This document shows positions 19,863 through 31,719 of a DNA stretch of 64,000 bases, one piece after another. A model generated the notes under the pieces. It saw only the letters and a program-made list of their open reading frames with translations, was not told where the DNA came from and searched no databases. The translations under genes and the position numbers were made by a program. The DNA is from Acidobacteriota bacterium (GTDB taxonomy: Bacteria > Acidobacteriota > UBA6911 > RPQK01 > JADFOI01): contig OY760074.1 of assembly GCA_963663035.1 (NCBI GenBank), positions 1,952,001 through 2,016,000 of the forward strand, given 5' to 3'. The stretch's first letter is position 1; each line of letters begins with the position of its first letter.

Positions 19863-21169
19863 TGGCCCTGTTTTCCGCCGGCTGACATGGAATTGAGGAA
19901 CTCGGCATTGCTCTTGACCTTACTCAGCTTTTCAAGCAGCAATTCCATGGCCTCGGTAGCAGAGAGCGGGTTGAGAACTTTCCGCAGCACCCAGACCCGG
20001 TTTAGCGTCTCTTTATCCAGCAGCAATTCTTCCTTGCGGGTACCGGAACGATTGATATCGATAGCCGGGAAAATCCTCTTGTCCACCAGCTTGCGATCCA
20101 GATGCAACTCCAAGTTACCTGTTCCCTTGAACTCTTCGAAAATAACATCATCCATTCGGCTGCCGGTGTCAATCAGGGCGGTAGCAACAATGGTCAGACT
20201 CCCCCCTTCCTCTATGTTGCGTGCAGCACCGAAGAAGCGCTTGGGACGTTGCAAGGCATTGGAATCCACACCACCCGAGAGCACCTTGCCAGAAGGAGGA
20301 ACGATGGTGTTGTAAGCGCGGGCCAGCCGGGTGATGGAATCGAGCAGAATGACCACGTCTTTCTTGTGCTCGACCAGCCGCTTGGCCTTTTCAAGCACCA
20401 TCTCAGCCACCTGGACGTGCCGGGTAGCCGGCTCGTCAAACGTCGAGCTGATGACCTCACCCCCTACCGATCGCTCCATATCGGTCACCTCTTCGGGGCG
20501 CTCGTCGATGAGCAACACGATGAGCACGCTATCGGGATGGTTGGTGGTGATCGAGTTGGCCAGGCTCTGCAGAATCATGGTTTTTCCTGCCCGGGGCGGC
20601 GAAACGATCAATCCCCGCTGTCCTTTCCCAATCGGGGTCAGGAGATCCATGACTCGCCCTGCCAGGTTGTCCTGAGTGGTCTCCTGAATAAGTTGCTCCT
20701 CGGGATAGAGCGGTGTCAGGTTTTCGAAGAAGGTCCTCTCCCGAGCGACGTCCGCATGCTCGAAGTTAATCGCCTCCACCTTAATCAGGGCAAAGTAGCG
20801 CTCGCCCTCCTTGGGAGGCCTAACCTGTCCCGAAACCGTGTCGCCGGTTCGCAGGTCAAATTTGCGGATTTGAGACGGTGAGACGTAGATGTCATCCGGA
20901 CCAGGGAGGTAATTGTATTCGGGGGCCCTCAGGAAACCGAACCCATCGGGCAGAGTTTCCAGCACGCCTTCTGAAAAAATCAGTCCACTGCGCTCGGTTT
21001 GTGCCTTCAGGATCTGAAAGATCAGTTCCTGCTTACGCATCCCCGTTAACCCAGTAATACTCAAGTCCTTGGCAACTTGAGTCAACGCCTGGATGTTCAA
21101 TTCCTTGAGCTCTTGAATGTTCAAAGAATCCACTTTCTGTTTGACTGAGGGGGAACTTGCTTCACCCAT
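19859..21169 (-). CDS. rho: Transcription termination factor Rho
   Basis: [54 protein letters not shown]. Confidence 0.98.
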   Translation of the reverse strand: MGEASSPSVKQKVDSLNIQELKELNIQALTQVAKDLSITGLTGMRKQELIFQILKAQTERSGLIFSEGVLETLPDGFGFLRAPEYNYLPGPDDIYVSPSQIRKFDLRTGDTVSGQVRPPKEGERYFALIKVEAINFEHADVARERTFFENLTPLYPEEQLIQETTQDNLAGRVMDLLTPIGKGQRGLIVSPPRAGKTMILQSLANSITTNHPDSVLIVLLIDERPEEVTDMERSVGGEVISSTFDEPATRHVQVAEMVLEKAKRLVEHKKDVVILLDSITRLARAYNTIVPPSGKVLSGGVDSNALQRPKRFFGAARNIEEGGSLTIVATALIDTGSRMDDVIFEEFKGTGNLELHLDRKLVDKRIFPAIDINRSGTRKEELLLDKETLNRVWVLRKVLNPLSATEAMELLLEKLSKVKSNAEFLNSMSAGGKQGH

Positions 21170-21172
21170 GAC

Positions 21173-21730
21173 TTAAATCCTCTCCAGTATTCGCCACAAT
21201 TCCTTCTTCCCCATTCCTGTGGCGGCGGAATAAGGGATTACACCACAATGGAAAACGTTTTTCATCCTATTTAGAGACTTTTGAAGCTGATGGGACGACA
21301 GCTTGTCAACCTTGGTTGCAACAACCTGGAATGGAATGCTGAACTGTTCGAGCCACTGTTTCATGACCCGGTCCAGTTCAGTCGGCTCATGGCGAGCATC
21401 CACGATCATAACCGTCAGCTTCAGGTTCTCGTCCTCTCTCAGAAATTCCTCAATCATCACTCCCCAACGGGCCCGAATGTTGGCTGGAACCTTGGCAAAT
21501 CCATAACCCGGCAAGTCTGTAAAAATCCATCTGTCATTGACATTGAAAAAGTTGATGACCTGGGTGCGCCCTGGTGTGGCACTGGTCCTGGCCAAACCCT
21601 TTTTACCCACCAGATTATTAATTAAGCTGGATTTTCCAACATTTGATCTTCCCGAAAACGCGATCTTGGGAAGCTGCAGCTGAGGATATTCCCCTTTGTG
21701 AGTCGCGCTTTTGAGAAAGTGAACAACCAC
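21173..21730 (-). CDS. engB: Ribosome biogenesis GTPase EngB/YihA
   Basis: GRSNVGKSSLIN, PGRTQ, DLPGYG, TKVDK. Confidence 0.95.
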   Translation of the reverse strand: MVVHFLKSATHKGEYPQLQLPKIAFSGRSNVGKSSLINNLVGKKGLARTSATPGRTQVINFFNVNDRWIFTDLPGYGFAKVPANIRARWGVMIEEFLREDENLKLTVMIVDARHEPTELDRVMKQWLEQFSIPFQVVATKVDKLSSHQLQKSLNRMKNVFHCGVIPYSAATGMGKKELWRILERI

Positions 21731-21868
21731 TGACGGCTAACAGTTTACCACTAACAAAGCAGAATCACGATTCGTGGAATGCCAAATCTTGAATTGACAG
21801 CTCTGTGTCACACGTTGTTTGGATTTATGTCGTCAATTGCCAGTTGTCAACTGTCTGCGGCTAGCTGT

Positions 21869-24289
21869 TCAGTGGACGCCGGGACGATCTCCCTCCTTGA
21901 TCTGAGGAGGTCGCTGTTCTTTCACCACTTCTTCTCGGTCCTTTTTGCGGATGGGTCCTTCAAATGCGATGTCCAAAACCTCATCCATGGTATCGACGAG
22001 CACAATCTTAACATCTTCCAGGACCGAGGTGGGAATTTCTTTCAAATCTTTCTCATTGTCTCTTGGTAAAATAACCGTCTTTATACCGCCCCGGTGAGCG
22101 GCCAGCACTTTCTCTTTGACTCCACCAATGGGCAAGACCTTACCTCGCAGTGTGATTTCACCGGTCATGGCTACGTCACGGCGCACGGGAACGCCAGCCA
22201 GTGCCGATATAATCGTAGTGGCCAGGGCAATCCCCGCAGAAGGCCCATCTTTCGGAATAGCACCTTCGGGAACATGGATATGAAGATCCAGTAACTTGTG
22301 GAAATCCCTTCCCAAACCAAACTCGCTACTCCGGGAGCGGACAAAGGACAATGCCGCTTTGGCCGATTCCTGCATCACCTCACCGAGCTTGCCGGTGAGC
22401 GTCAGGTTACCCTTTCCTTTCATGGTGGTCGCTTCGGTCAGAAGGACTTCACCGCCCACCTCGGTCCAGGCCAAACCGGTGGCCAAACCGACTTCACTGG
22501 CCTCTGCGACCAAGGGCTGACGGTATCTTTGAACACCCAGAAGCTCCCCCACTACCTTTGGGGCGATGACGGACTTTTTGTGTTCCTTTTTCTTTCCTTT
22601 GGCCACTACAACCTGGCGGGCCACTTTACGGCAAACGTTGGCGATCTCTCGCTCAAGACTGCGAACGCCCGACTCACGCGTAAAGCTACGGATAATTTCC
22701 AGAATGCCTTCCTCGCTGAACTCAATATTGGAGGGCTTCAGACCCTGCTTTTTTAACTGCTTCTTGACCAGGTACTGTGTGGCAATGTTCAATTTTTCCA
22801 ACTCAGTGTAACCGGAGATGTGGACAACTTCCATCCGGTCTTGAAGCGGCCGCGGAATGGTATGAAGCACGTTAGCGGTGCAAATAAACATGACGTTGGA
22901 AAGATCGAATTCGGTATCCAGATAGTGGTCGACAAAGGTACGGTTGTGTTCCGGATCCAGCACTTCCATTAACGCCGCTGAGGGATCGCCGCGAAAATCC
23001 ATGCTCATCTTGTCCACTTCGTCCATCAGGAACACCGGATTCTTGGTGCCTGCCTTCTTCATCATCTGGATGATCTGGCCTGGCAGGGCGCCGATATAGG
23101 TCCTGCGGTGTCCGCGAATCTCCGCCTCATCCCGGACTCCACCCAGCGAGAGCCTGACAAACTTGCGCCCGGTAGCGTGAGCGATGGAACTTCCCAAGGA
23201 ACTCTTTCCCACTCCCGGAGCACCCACGAAGCAGAGGACTGATCCCTGCTGTGTCTTGGCAGAAAGTTGCCGAACCGCCAGAAACTCCAGGATACGCTCT
23301 TTCACTTTCTCGAGCCCATAATGATCTTCATTTAAAGCGCGCTCGGCCCGCAGCAGATCCTTGATCTCACGACTTCTCTTACTCCACGGCATGCTGACCA
23401 GCCAATCGATATAAGTGCGACTGACAGTCGTCTCAGCACTCATAGGAGGCATCTGCTCCAGACGCTGAATCTCGTTGGTCGCTTTTTCATGAGCGTCTTT
23501 CGGCATCTTCGCCTCTTCGACCTTTTTCTTCAGCTGTTCGATCTCATCTTTCTCGTTTCTTCCCAGCTCCTTCTGGATGGCCTTCATTTTTTCGCTCAGA
23601 TAGTACTCGCGCTGGGCCTTTTCCATCTGGCGACGCACACGGCCTTGAAGAGACTTGTCCATCTTGACCTTGTCGATCTCGATGTCAATGAACTCGCATA
23701 TCTTCTCGATCCGCTGGGCAGGATCGGCGATCTCCAGCAAGGCCTGCTTGTCTTCCACCGAAATGGGCAGATTGGCTGCAATGGTATCGGCGAGACGGTC
23801 GGCCTCGCTGCTGTGTGCCGCCTGAATTATCGTCTCATCGTTAATGTTCGGATTGAGCTTGGCAAATTCCTCAAAGAGAGAATTCAACCGCTTGGTCAAC
23901 AGGCTCAGCTTGGAAGGGGAGACTTTGGACACCGGATCGAACTTCACTTCCGCCTGAAAAAACCCGTCCACTTCCTCCACCCGAACAGCTCGCGCTCGCC
24001 GCAGACCTTCAACCAGAACCTTAATATTGCCATCGGGAAGTTTGAGGCTCTGAACGATATTGGCTGCTGTCCCGACCGGATAGATGTCAGCAGAGGTAGG
24101 ATTATCCATGGAGGCGTCGATCTGGGTGGCCAGATAGATCTTCTTGTCGGACTCCAGAGCCCTCTCCAAAGCCAACACCGAGGAGTGGCGCCCGATGACG
24201 AAGGGGACCATCATGTAAGGAAAGACCACCACGTCCCGGATCGGAACCATGGGATAGATTTCAGTCACTTTCTCGTCTAAGTTTGTCAT
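21869..24289 (-). CDS. lon: Lon protease
   Basis: [46 protein letters not shown]. Confidence 0.98.
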   Translation of the reverse strand: MTNLDEKVTEIYPMVPIRDVVVFPYMMVPFVIGRHSSVLALERALESDKKIYLATQIDASMDNPTSADIYPVGTAANIVQSLKLPDGNIKVLVEGLRRARAVRVEEVDGFFQAEVKFDPVSKVSPSKLSLLTKRLNSLFEEFAKLNPNINDETIIQAAHSSEADRLADTIAANLPISVEDKQALLEIADPAQRIEKICEFIDIEIDKVKMDKSLQGRVRRQMEKAQREYYLSEKMKAIQKELGRNEKDEIEQLKKKVEEAKMPKDAHEKATNEIQRLEQMPPMSAETTVSRTYIDWLVSMPWSKRSREIKDLLRAERALNEDHYGLEKVKERILEFLAVRQLSAKTQQGSVLCFVGAPGVGKSSLGSSIAHATGRKFVRLSLGGVRDEAEIRGHRRTYIGALPGQIIQMMKKAGTKNPVFLMDEVDKMSMDFRGDPSAALMEVLDPEHNRTFVDHYLDTEFDLSNVMFICTANVLHTIPRPLQDRMEVVHISGYTELEKLNIATQYLVKKQLKKQGLKPSNIEFSEEGILEIIRSFTRESGVRSLEREIANVCRKVARQVVVAKGKKKEHKKSVIAPKVVGELLGVQRYRQPLVAEASEVGLATGLAWTEVGGEVLLTEATTMKGKGNLTLTGKLGEVMQESAKAALSFVRSRSSEFGLGRDFHKLLDLHIHVPEGAIPKDGPSAGIALATTIISALAGVPVRRDVAMTGEITLRGKVLPIGGVKEKVLAAHRGGIKTVILPRDNEKDLKEIPTSVLEDVKIVLVDTMDEVLDIAFEGPIRKKDREEVVKEQRPPQIKEGDRPGVH

Positions 24290-24471
24290 GCCTTAAAAGG
24301 AACGAACCTTCGATTCTCTCTTCTCTAGATACACTCCCAACACAAACGTTTCAACCGTAAACAGACCATGTATCACTCCGTACTGACCATTTCAGGGTGC
24401 ACAAACCATTCCCAAAATCTCTTCACAGGGAATTCCGAGAATCTCACCGATCAGCAGGATGTGCTCAGCGA

Positions 24472-25722
24472 CTATCCAGCCTTTTCAAGCAGCTTGAACA
24501 CGACCTCTTTGTTTTCGACCATCTCGCGGGTGACCACAAACTCTTTCACCTTCTTGGTCGACGGAAGTTCGAACATCACATCTAACATAAGATCTTCTGT
24601 GATCAACCGCAAGCCCCGAGCACCGATTTTTCTCTCCAGCGCCTTTTCTGCGATGGTATCCAGTGCGTCGGCGGTAAACTTGAGAGAAACACCCTCGAAT
24701 TCAAACATTTTCAAATACTGCTTGACCAGGGCGTCGGTTGGCTCGGTGAGAATTTGGACTAGCGCTTCTTTGTCGAGCTCGTGCAAGTTGCAAATAATGG
24801 GAAGCCTTCCCACAAACTCTGGAATTAATCCATACTTTATGAGGTCCTCGGGTAAGATTTCCTCCAGGATCTCCGATTCCTCTGCATTTCTCCAGCGAGA
24901 AGAGCTCAACTCTGCGTTGAACCCGACGCAACTTCGCCCCAACCGATTCTGAATGACCTTGTCCAACCCCACGAAGGCTCCGCCGCAAACAAAAAGGATG
25001 TTGGTGGTGTCGATCTGCACAAATTCCTGATGCGGATGCTTGCGACCTCCTTGTGGGGGAACATTGGCCGTCGTTCCTTCCAGGATTTTCAGAAGGGCTT
25101 GCTGCACCCCTTCACCGGAAACGTCGCGTGTGATGGAAGGGTTCTCATCTTTTCTCGAAATTTTATCGATTTCGTCGATGTAGATAATTCCTTGCATGCA
25201 GCGGTCGCGGTCACCTCCAGCAGCCTGCAGGAGTTTGAGAATAATGTTCTCTACGTCCTCGCCCACATATCCGGCTTCGGTCAGGGTCGTTGCATCGACA
25301 ATAGCAAAAGGAACGGAGAGCATGCGGGCCAGAGTCTGGGCAAGCAAGGTCTTTCCAGTCCCCGTGGGACCGATCAACAGCACATTGCTTTTGGCCAGCT
25401 CTACATCGTGGTGGCGACGCCGGCTGATTTTGATTCTCTTGTAATGGTTGTAGACTGCAACAGCCAGCTTCCTCTTGCAGACCTCCTGGCCGATCACATA
25501 TTGATCAAGGAAATCCTTAATCTCGATTGGCTTAGGAATAGCTTCTTTGACGGAGGAACCTTCCGCCGTCACGTCGTCGCAGATTATTTCGTTGCAGACA
25601 TCGACGCACTCGTCGCAGATAAAAACGGTCGGACCGGCGATCAGTTTCTTAACGTCATTCTGACTTTTGTTGCAGAACGAGCAGTGCAGGACCTCATCTG
25701 CGTCTTTCTTCATGGTTGTCAC
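24472..25722 (-). CDS. clpX: ClpX ATPase
   Basis: CSFC zinc domain, [23 protein letters not shown] loop, VGF loop. Confidence 0.98.
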   Translation of the reverse strand: MTTMKKDADEVLHCSFCNKSQNDVKKLIAGPTVFICDECVDVCNEIICDDVTAEGSSVKEAIPKPIEIKDFLDQYVIGQEVCKRKLAVAVYNHYKRIKISRRRHHDVELAKSNVLLIGPTGTGKTLLAQTLARMLSVPFAIVDATTLTEAGYVGEDVENIILKLLQAAGGDRDRCMQGIIYIDEIDKISRKDENPSITRDVSGEGVQQALLKILEGTTANVPPQGGRKHPHQEFVQIDTTNILFVCGGAFVGLDKVIQNRLGRSCVGFNAELSSSRWRNAEESEILEEILPEDLIKYGLIPEFVGRLPIICNLHELDKEALVQILTEPTDALVKQYLKMFEFEGVSLKFTADALDTIAEKALERKIGARGLRLITEDLMLDVMFELPSTKKVKEFVVTREMVENKEVVFKLLEKAG

Positions 25723-25725
25723 GGA

Positions 25726-26346
25726 CTAGCTTTTAGTTCCTTGCTCCACGACTTCAGGAATGACATGTTTTTCGATGATCTCATCAATTATACCATATAC
25801 CTTAGCCTGCTCCGCACTCATGATAAAGTCACGTTCCACATCTTCCGCAATTCGCTCCGTTTTCTGTCCGGTGTGCTTTGCAAGAATCTCATTGGTCATC
25901 TCTCGCATTCGAAGGATCTCTTTAGCATGAATATCGATGTCGGTTGCCTGTCCGGAGAGTCCTGTTATGGAAGGCTGGTGGATCAAGATCCTACTGTTTG
26001 GCAACGAGAACCGCTTCCCTTGAGTCCCAGCCGTAAGAATCAGGGCTCCCATCGAAGCCGCTTGTCCGATGCAGATTGTGGTCACATCGTTTTTCACAAA
26101 CTGCATGGTATCGTAGATCGCCAGTCCAGCAGTGATCGATCCTCCAGGCGAATTGATGTACAGGGAGATATCCCGATTGGGGTCTTCCGCCATCAGAAAC
26201 AATAGCTGGGCGATAACCAGGTTGGCCACTTGGTCCTCTACGGGTGTCCCCACAAAAATAATATTGTCTTTGAGCAGCCGCGAGTAAATGTCGTAAGCAC
26301 GTTCACCTCGGTTCGTTTGCTCAACCACCATCGGAATGAGAACCAT
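25726..26346 (-). CDS. clpP: ClpP peptidase
   Basis: [29 protein letters not shown]. Confidence 0.98.
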   Translation of the reverse strand: MVLIPMVVEQTNRGERAYDIYSRLLKDNIIFVGTPVEDQVANLVIAQLLFLMAEDPNRDISLYINSPGGSITAGLAIYDTMQFVKNDVTTICIGQAASMGALILTAGTQGKRFSLPNSRILIHQPSITGLSGQATDIDIHAKEILRMREMTNEILAKHTGQKTERIAEDVERDFIMSAEQAKVYGIIDEIIEKHVIPEVVEQGTKS

Positions 26347-26384
26347 TGCGCTACTCCTCCCCTGCTATTATCGATAAGACCGCG

Positions 26385-26546
26385 GACAACAGCCGGCAGA
26401 CCGGCTGAAATCCAAGATCTCAAATCCCAAATCACCGCCGGCCGAAGGCCGCCGGAAATTCAAAATCCCAAATCCTAAACTTGAACCCTGACCACTGGCA
26501 ACAGACCTCCTGACTCCTGTCTCCTGACTCCTGTCTCCTGTCTCCT
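26385..26546. repeat. Composite heptamer array (palindrome + AAATCCC + CTCCTGW) between tig and clpP
   Basis: gacaacagccggcagaccggctgaaatc, aaatccc/aaattca units, then ctcctga/ctcctgt units. Confidence 0.8.
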
Positions 26547-26555
26547 TCTCTTGTG

Positions 26556-27854
26556 TCACCCTTTCACCTTTGCACTTTCCAAGAGCATCTCCAGTACCTT
26601 GCCACGAATCAAGCGGGCTTTTTCTTCCTCCATCCGATTCTCCTGCTGAAAGTATTGTCGCACTTTTTCCTTTGGCTGGTTCATGGAATCAGCCATCTTT
26701 TCCAGTTCCTGCTCCAGTTCTTGAGTGGAAATCTCAATTTTCTCGCGACGACCAATTTCACTCAGGATCATGCTTCCCCTCACCTGCTGCTCCGCCTGGG
26801 GCCGGAAATCCTTTCGAACCTTCACCCAGTCCACCTTGGCCCGACTGGGGTCAAGCCCCTGGGAGGCCATTCGGTAAGCCAGATCTGTGAGCATTCCGTC
26901 AGTCCGCTCCTTGACGAGAATCTCTGGAAGTTCAAAACTCGAGTTCTTACCCAACTCTTCCAAGAGCTTATTTCCCAAATCCCTTTCCCGATTTCTTTCC
27001 CGCTCGACACTCAAACGTTCCCTGATCTTCTCCTGCAACTCCTTCAGCGTCTCGTAGTCACCCAGGTCCTTGGCAAACGCGTCATTCAGTTCCGGGAGTT
27101 CCTTCTTCTTAATGTCACTCACTTGCACTGTGAAAGCCACCTTGTGCCCAGCCAGTTTCTTTTCCGGGTAATCGGAATCGTACTCGACTTCAAATTCCTT
27201 CTCCTCACCCCTATCTGTCCCCGCCAGAGCTTTCGTGAAAGCCTCATGGGTGTGTTCATCGCCTATCTGAACCATCACGTTTTCTTCCTGGAATGACTCG
27301 CGGGTATCACCACCCTCTTCCACATCGAGGTACGCGCCCACAAGGTCAATAATCACAAAATCTCCCTCCTCTGCGGGCCCCTTCTCGACCGAGACCAGGG
27401 AGGAGTGCTCATCACGCAACTTCTCCACTTCCTGCTCAACCTTTTCTTGAGTCACAGGCTTCGATTCGGCAGTGACCTCAAGGCCCTTGTAGGCGGGAAG
27501 CTCGATTTCCGGATGAATCTCAAAGTTGGCCTCGTAGACCAGCGGGTTTCCCTCCTCAAAGGTCAGGTTTTCCAGACTGGGCTGACCGAGCGGTTGAACC
27601 CCCTTTTCCCGGATCGCCTGGTCGTAGGAGTCAGCAACCAACTTCTGCACAACATCGCTGCGAATATCCTTTCGATAGTGCCGCTTGACGAGCTCAACTG
27701 GCGCCTTTCCCTGACGAAATCCAGGAAGCCGCGCCCGCCGCTTATAGGCTCCAGCGACCTCATCAAATTCCTTCAGAGCAAGACCCGCGGGAACCTCTAC
27801 CTTAAGGCGTTTCTTCACCGTACTCACATCTTCAAGCTCCACACTGATCTCCAT
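26556..27854 (-). CDS. tig: Trigger factor
   Basis: PGFRQGKAP signature, FKBP-like middle domain, position before clpP-clpX. Confidence 0.95.
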   Translation of the reverse strand: MEISVELEDVSTVKKRLKVEVPAGLALKEFDEVAGAYKRRARLPGFRQGKAPVELVKRHYRKDIRSDVVQKLVADSYDQAIREKGVQPLGQPSLENLTFEEGNPLVYEANFEIHPEIELPAYKGLEVTAESKPVTQEKVEQEVEKLRDEHSSLVSVEKGPAEEGDFVIIDLVGAYLDVEEGGDTRESFQEENVMVQIGDEHTHEAFTKALAGTDRGEEKEFEVEYDSDYPEKKLAGHKVAFTVQVSDIKKKELPELNDAFAKDLGDYETLKELQEKIRERLSVERERNRERDLGNKLLEELGKNSSFELPEILVKERTDGMLTDLAYRMASQGLDPSRAKVDWVKVRKDFRPQAEQQVRGSMILSEIGRREKIEISTQELEQELEKMADSMNQPKEKVRQYFQQENRMEEEKARLIRGKVLEMLLESAKVKG

Positions 27855-27949
27855 GGGAATGTTATTGTACCACCCGACTTCGCCACGCGCTCAGAACGAG
27901 CGTTTCAGCTTTCAAGTTTCAGGTTTTGTCAGTTGTCAGTTGTCGCCTG

Positions 27950-29941
27950 TCAGTGGTTCGTCATCTCCAGCAGCTTGCCCAGGGTTTCCATGACCTGAGG
28001 GTCAAACTTCCCCTTCTTGGCATCTCGCTGCATCTCCGCGAAGGCCGCCCGATGGTCCCATCGATCCCGGTAAGGCCGCCAGGAGGTGAGAGCATCGTAG
28101 GTGTCTGCCACGGCCAGAATACGAGCACCCATCGGGACTTGATCTCCAGCCAAACCTAACGGGTAGCCCGATCCGTGTAAACTCTCATGGCTGGCCTCGA
28201 TGATTTCAAAAAGGACCTTATTTTGATAACCCATCTGTCTCAACACGCGAACCGATTCCCGGCTGTGTTTGGTCACTTCTTCAAACTCTTCCTTGCTCAA
28301 ACTTCCGGCCCGATTGAGAAGATGGTGGGGAACAATCACCTTTCCCAGATCGGCCAGGTAGCCCGCTTGTAGAATGTCTAGTTTCTCCTGAGCACTCAGG
28401 TCAAGGCTGTCAGCCACTGCATAGGACAGGAAGCCGACCACACGCGAATGACCGATGGAGCCATCGAGGGCTTCAACCGGAAGAAGGATGTCCTCCGGGT
28501 AGACAAACAGTTTATCCACTTCCTCCTGATACCGGTCATGGAGCTTCTGGGGAATCTTTTCCCGATCCTCCAGAGGCTTTTTTAGCCCCAGGACCTCGTA
28601 TAGATACAGTCTGTCTTTCTTACCCCGGATGGAGACCGCATCCATTTGATTCATCTTTAAAGTGGTCTCGGCGTAGGCCAGCTTGACCTTGTCATCCTTG
28701 GGATCCTCTTGCAGCGCTTTGCCCAGATGCTCATGAGCCTGCAAGAGGTAATCGCCCTTGAGAAAGAGAAATCCGAGCTTCTTCATCAAGTCCACATCGT
28801 CTGGCCTTTTTTCCAGCTGCTGAGAGTAATCAGCGACTTCCTTCACAAAGTCTGGATCCTCGGATTCGCTGTGTGCGAAAACGGTCTTCCTTCGCACCTC
28901 CACAAAGCGGTTAACTTCCTCGTAGGTGGAAGAATCGATGGTGATCATTCCTGGATCACATAACTCCTGGATCCTTGAGGCCAGGTTGACCACGTCCCCG
29001 ATGGCGGTGTAGGTCTGTCGCCTATGGCCAATCAGCCCAATGATCGGTTCTCCAGTAGAAATTCCGATACGCATCTGCCAGGGGAAATCCCCATTGGCGA
29101 TCCGCTCCTGCATCTTCAGCCCGGCGATGGTCGCCATCAAAGCGTGTCTTTGATAGTCAATGGGGGCCCCAAACTCCACCATAATGCCATCACCCATATA
29201 TTTGTCGATGTGGGCACGGTAATCCAAAAGAACCTCTTCCATTTCCTCAAGCAGTCTGTTGAGATCGGTAATAACCAGTTCGGGTCTTCTCTCCTCCGAA
29301 AATTTGGTGAAGTCTTTCAGATCGGAAAACAGAATGCTCACTTTTCTTTTCTCGGTGCGAAGCCTTTTCTCGATGATCAGCTTGACGACCGAGGCATCCA
29401 TAGTCGAGTAGAGGGCATCCTCCACCTTCTTCTTCAGCTCTTCGACAGCTCCCTTCGATTTCTCCAGGCTTTCAGTCCTCTCTAGCACCTTTTCTTCCAG
29501 GTTCTCTGCATGATCTCGAAGCTCCCGGTCAGCCACCTCAATTCTTGCCTGGCTATCCTCCAGATTCCGATTCAGGGCTCTCACCTGCTCCACTTCCGTC
29601 TTCAAGCGGGTGGTCAGTTGCCCCACCACAGCTCCCGTCAGGATCAGAAAGCTGGACCAGGCCACGATATTCATCCACAGGTCAAGATGACTAAAAGCAG
29701 GCATGAAGGAGGCGGGAAACAGATAGGCATACAGAGCGACGATCAGGGTACAAAGGACACCGCCTAGAAGTGCCCTTCGCACCCCCAGGTAATAGGCTCC
29801 AAGCAGGATGGGAATAAAATAGAAGTTCAGAAAAGCCAGCTTATAGGGAATCAGGTAGTTGATGCCGGCTACGCTGACCAAGATGAGGAGAACAAAAGCC
29901 TGTTCAAAATTCCTGATCAGGTAATTCCTGATAGCGTCCAA
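27950..29941 (-). CDS. Membrane class III adenylate cyclase with TPR insert and degenerate HD-GYP domain
   Basis: About 4 TM helices, coiled coil, FSDLKDFT / DKYMGDG / YTAIGDVVNLASR, TPR-like helices, then HSRVV..LADLGK..SHE..GSGYP..AVADTYDALT..RPYR. Confidence 0.85.
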   Translation of the reverse strand: MDAIRNYLIRNFEQAFVLLILVSVAGINYLIPYKLAFLNFYFIPILLGAYYLGVRRALLGGVLCTLIVALYAYLFPASFMPAFSHLDLWMNIVAWSSFLILTGAVVGQLTTRLKTEVEQVRALNRNLEDSQARIEVADRELRDHAENLEEKVLERTESLEKSKGAVEELKKKVEDALYSTMDASVVKLIIEKRLRTEKRKVSILFSDLKDFTKFSEERRPELVITDLNRLLEEMEEVLLDYRAHIDKYMGDGIMVEFGAPIDYQRHALMATIAGLKMQERIANGDFPWQMRIGISTGEPIIGLIGHRRQTYTAIGDVVNLASRIQELCDPGMITIDSSTYEEVNRFVEVRRKTVFAHSESEDPDFVKEVADYSQQLEKRPDDVDLMKKLGFLFLKGDYLLQAHEHLGKALQEDPKDDKVKLAYAETTLKMNQMDAVSIRGKKDRLYLYEVLGLKKPLEDREKIPQKLHDRYQEEVDKLFVYPEDILLPVEALDGSIGHSRVVGFLSYAVADSLDLSAQEKLDILQAGYLADLGKVIVPHHLLNRAGSLSKEEFEEVTKHSRESVRVLRQMGYQNKVLFEIIEASHESLHGSGYPLGLAGDQVPMGARILAVADTYDALTSWRPYRDRWDHRAAFAEMQRDAKKGKFDPQVMETLGKLLEMTNH

Positions 29942-30071
29942 TAATCAATCCTCTTCGCCCTCCCCCCTTCATTACACACCTTGCAAGGTTTGAAATCAAG
30001 AATTTTCCAAGACTAAGTGCTCCCTTCCATAAATGGGGTAATGTTTGCAGAAGGGGCTTGGCATACTGTGA

Positions 30072-30101
30072 TTGACAGGAAAGAGACAGAATCAATAGAA
30101 T
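30072..30101 (+). promoter_or_regulatory. Sigma70 promoter TTGACA-18-TAGAAT for tRNA-Lys
   Basis: Near-consensus hexamers ending 29 nt upstream of the tRNA. Confidence 0.65.
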
Positions 30102-30130
30102 CAATTTCTTTCTTTTGGAAGCAGACAAGT

Positions 30131-30206
<76 letters not shown>

Positions 30207-30236
30207 TCCCGTGGATCATCCCGCGATGAGAGTGCC

Positions 30237-30941
30237 ATGATCTCATCCCACCGCGATTCTGGTAAGCGGTCCATCATACTGGAAACGCAGGACTTGAGCT
30301 ATGCAACCAAGGAGCGTCGCATAGTCCAGGACATCTCTCTTCAAATTCCAAGAGGAGAAGTGTTGGCCATAGTGGGTCCCAGCGGCTCGGGTAAAACCTC
30401 CTTTCTGCGACTTCTCAACCGGCTTGACGAGCCAACCGGTGGAAAAGTCTTGCTGGCCGGGAAAGATTACCGGAAGATTGCGCCTCGCATACTGCGCAGC
30501 CGAATCGGAATGGTCATGCAGATCCCCGTTCTCTTTCCCGAGACCGTTGCAGACAACCTGCAATACGGTCCACGAGCAAGAGGAGCAGAGCTTGAGGCTA
30601 CTCGCCTGGAGTCCCTTTTGAGTCACGTCGGCTTGGACGGGTACGCGAGTTGGAGTGTCCATCATCTGTCCACAGGTGAAGCTCAGCGTGTCTCGCTGGC
30701 TCGGGCTCTTGCCAACTCCCCGGAGGTCCTCCTGCTGGATGAACCGACTGCACCACTGGACGGAAAAACCAAACGCGAAGTCGAGCAGCTCATCTCTCAA
30801 ATTGTTGGTGACGAGAACTTAAGCTGCCTGATTGTCACCCATGATCTGGAGCAGGCAGCCCGTATGGCAAGCCGGGTCATGGTTTTGGAGAATGGCAAAC
30901 TCGCCAAGATAGGCGCCATCGACGAGGTATTTCATGCTTAA
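30237..30941 (+). CDS. ABC ATPase, FetA/YbbL-like
   Basis: GPSGSGKT, LSTGEAQRV, LLLDEPT, VTH. Confidence 0.85.
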   Translation: MISSHRDSGKRSIILETQDLSYATKERRIVQDISLQIPRGEVLAIVGPSGSGKTSFLRLLNRLDEPTGGKVLLAGKDYRKIAPRILRSRIGMVMQIPVLFPETVADNLQYGPRARGAELEATRLESLLSHVGLDGYASWSVHHLSTGEAQRVSLARALANSPEVLLLDEPTAPLDGKTKREVEQLISQIVGDENLSCLIVTHDLEQAARMASRVMVLENGKLAKIGAIDEVFHA

Positions 30942-31719
30942 CCAATTTTTCTCGGACTCTTTAGCTCTGGCAGCGGCACAAGCTGTCCTGGTCATTCTGC
31001 TATCCGTGGGAGTGGTCTTGGCTGCACGTCGACATTCGATCCACCTGGGAACCGAAGTTGCGATTTCCTTGACCAGAGGCCTTGTCCAAATCGTCACCGT
31101 GGGCTCAGTGCTGGTTCTGCTCCTTCAAGGTCCAGACTGGACAAGTGTTTTAGTCCTCGTGGCCATGGTGTTCAGCGCAGCTGCTATTTCGGCCCGGCGG
31201 TCCCAAGGCTTGGCTGATGCATTTCGCGTCTCCCTGTGGAGTATCGGGTTTGGTGCGGGGATGGTTATTCTACTGATGACCTGGGCCGGAGTCATCCAGA
31301 CATCCATTACCACCCTGGTTCCAATCGGAAGCATGATCATAGCCAACGCCATGAACAGTAATGCCCTCGCTTTGGACCGATTCCGCGCCGAGGTGCAATC
31401 GCACACCGGACAAGTTGAAGCGGGACTTGCTCTGGGAGCTGATCCCGGAAAAGTCGTGCTGCCCTATGCCCAGGCCGCCGTCCGGGCAAGCCTGATTCCC
31501 CGCATAGATGCGCTGCGCTCCCTTGGTATTGTGTGGATCCCGGGTGTTATGGCAGGAATGCTCCTGCAAGGCGCCGATCCCGTCTACGCCGCTGTCTATC
31601 AGTTCGTGGTGATCGCGATGATCTTTTCTTCCTCCGGGCTGACGACTCTCGCCAGTACCCTGCTCATCCGAGGTCGCGTCTTCTCCCCAGCACAACAGTT
31701 GATCTTACGATCCGACTGA
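30934..31719 (+). CDS. UPF0014 ABC permease, FetB/YbbM-like
   Basis: R..VQ, P.GSM.I.NAM, LALGA, G.V..PG.M.G.LL.G.DP..A..YQ. Confidence 0.85.
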   Translation: MLNQFFSDSLALAAAQAVLVILLSVGVVLAARRHSIHLGTEVAISLTRGLVQIVTVGSVLVLLLQGPDWTSVLVLVAMVFSAAAISARRSQGLADAFRVSLWSIGFGAGMVILLMTWAGVIQTSITTLVPIGSMIIANAMNSNALALDRFRAEVQSHTGQVEAGLALGADPGKVVLPYAQAAVRASLIPRIDALRSLGIVWIPGVMAGMLLQGADPVYAAVYQFVVIAMIFSSSGLTTLASTLLIRGRVFSPAQQLILRSD

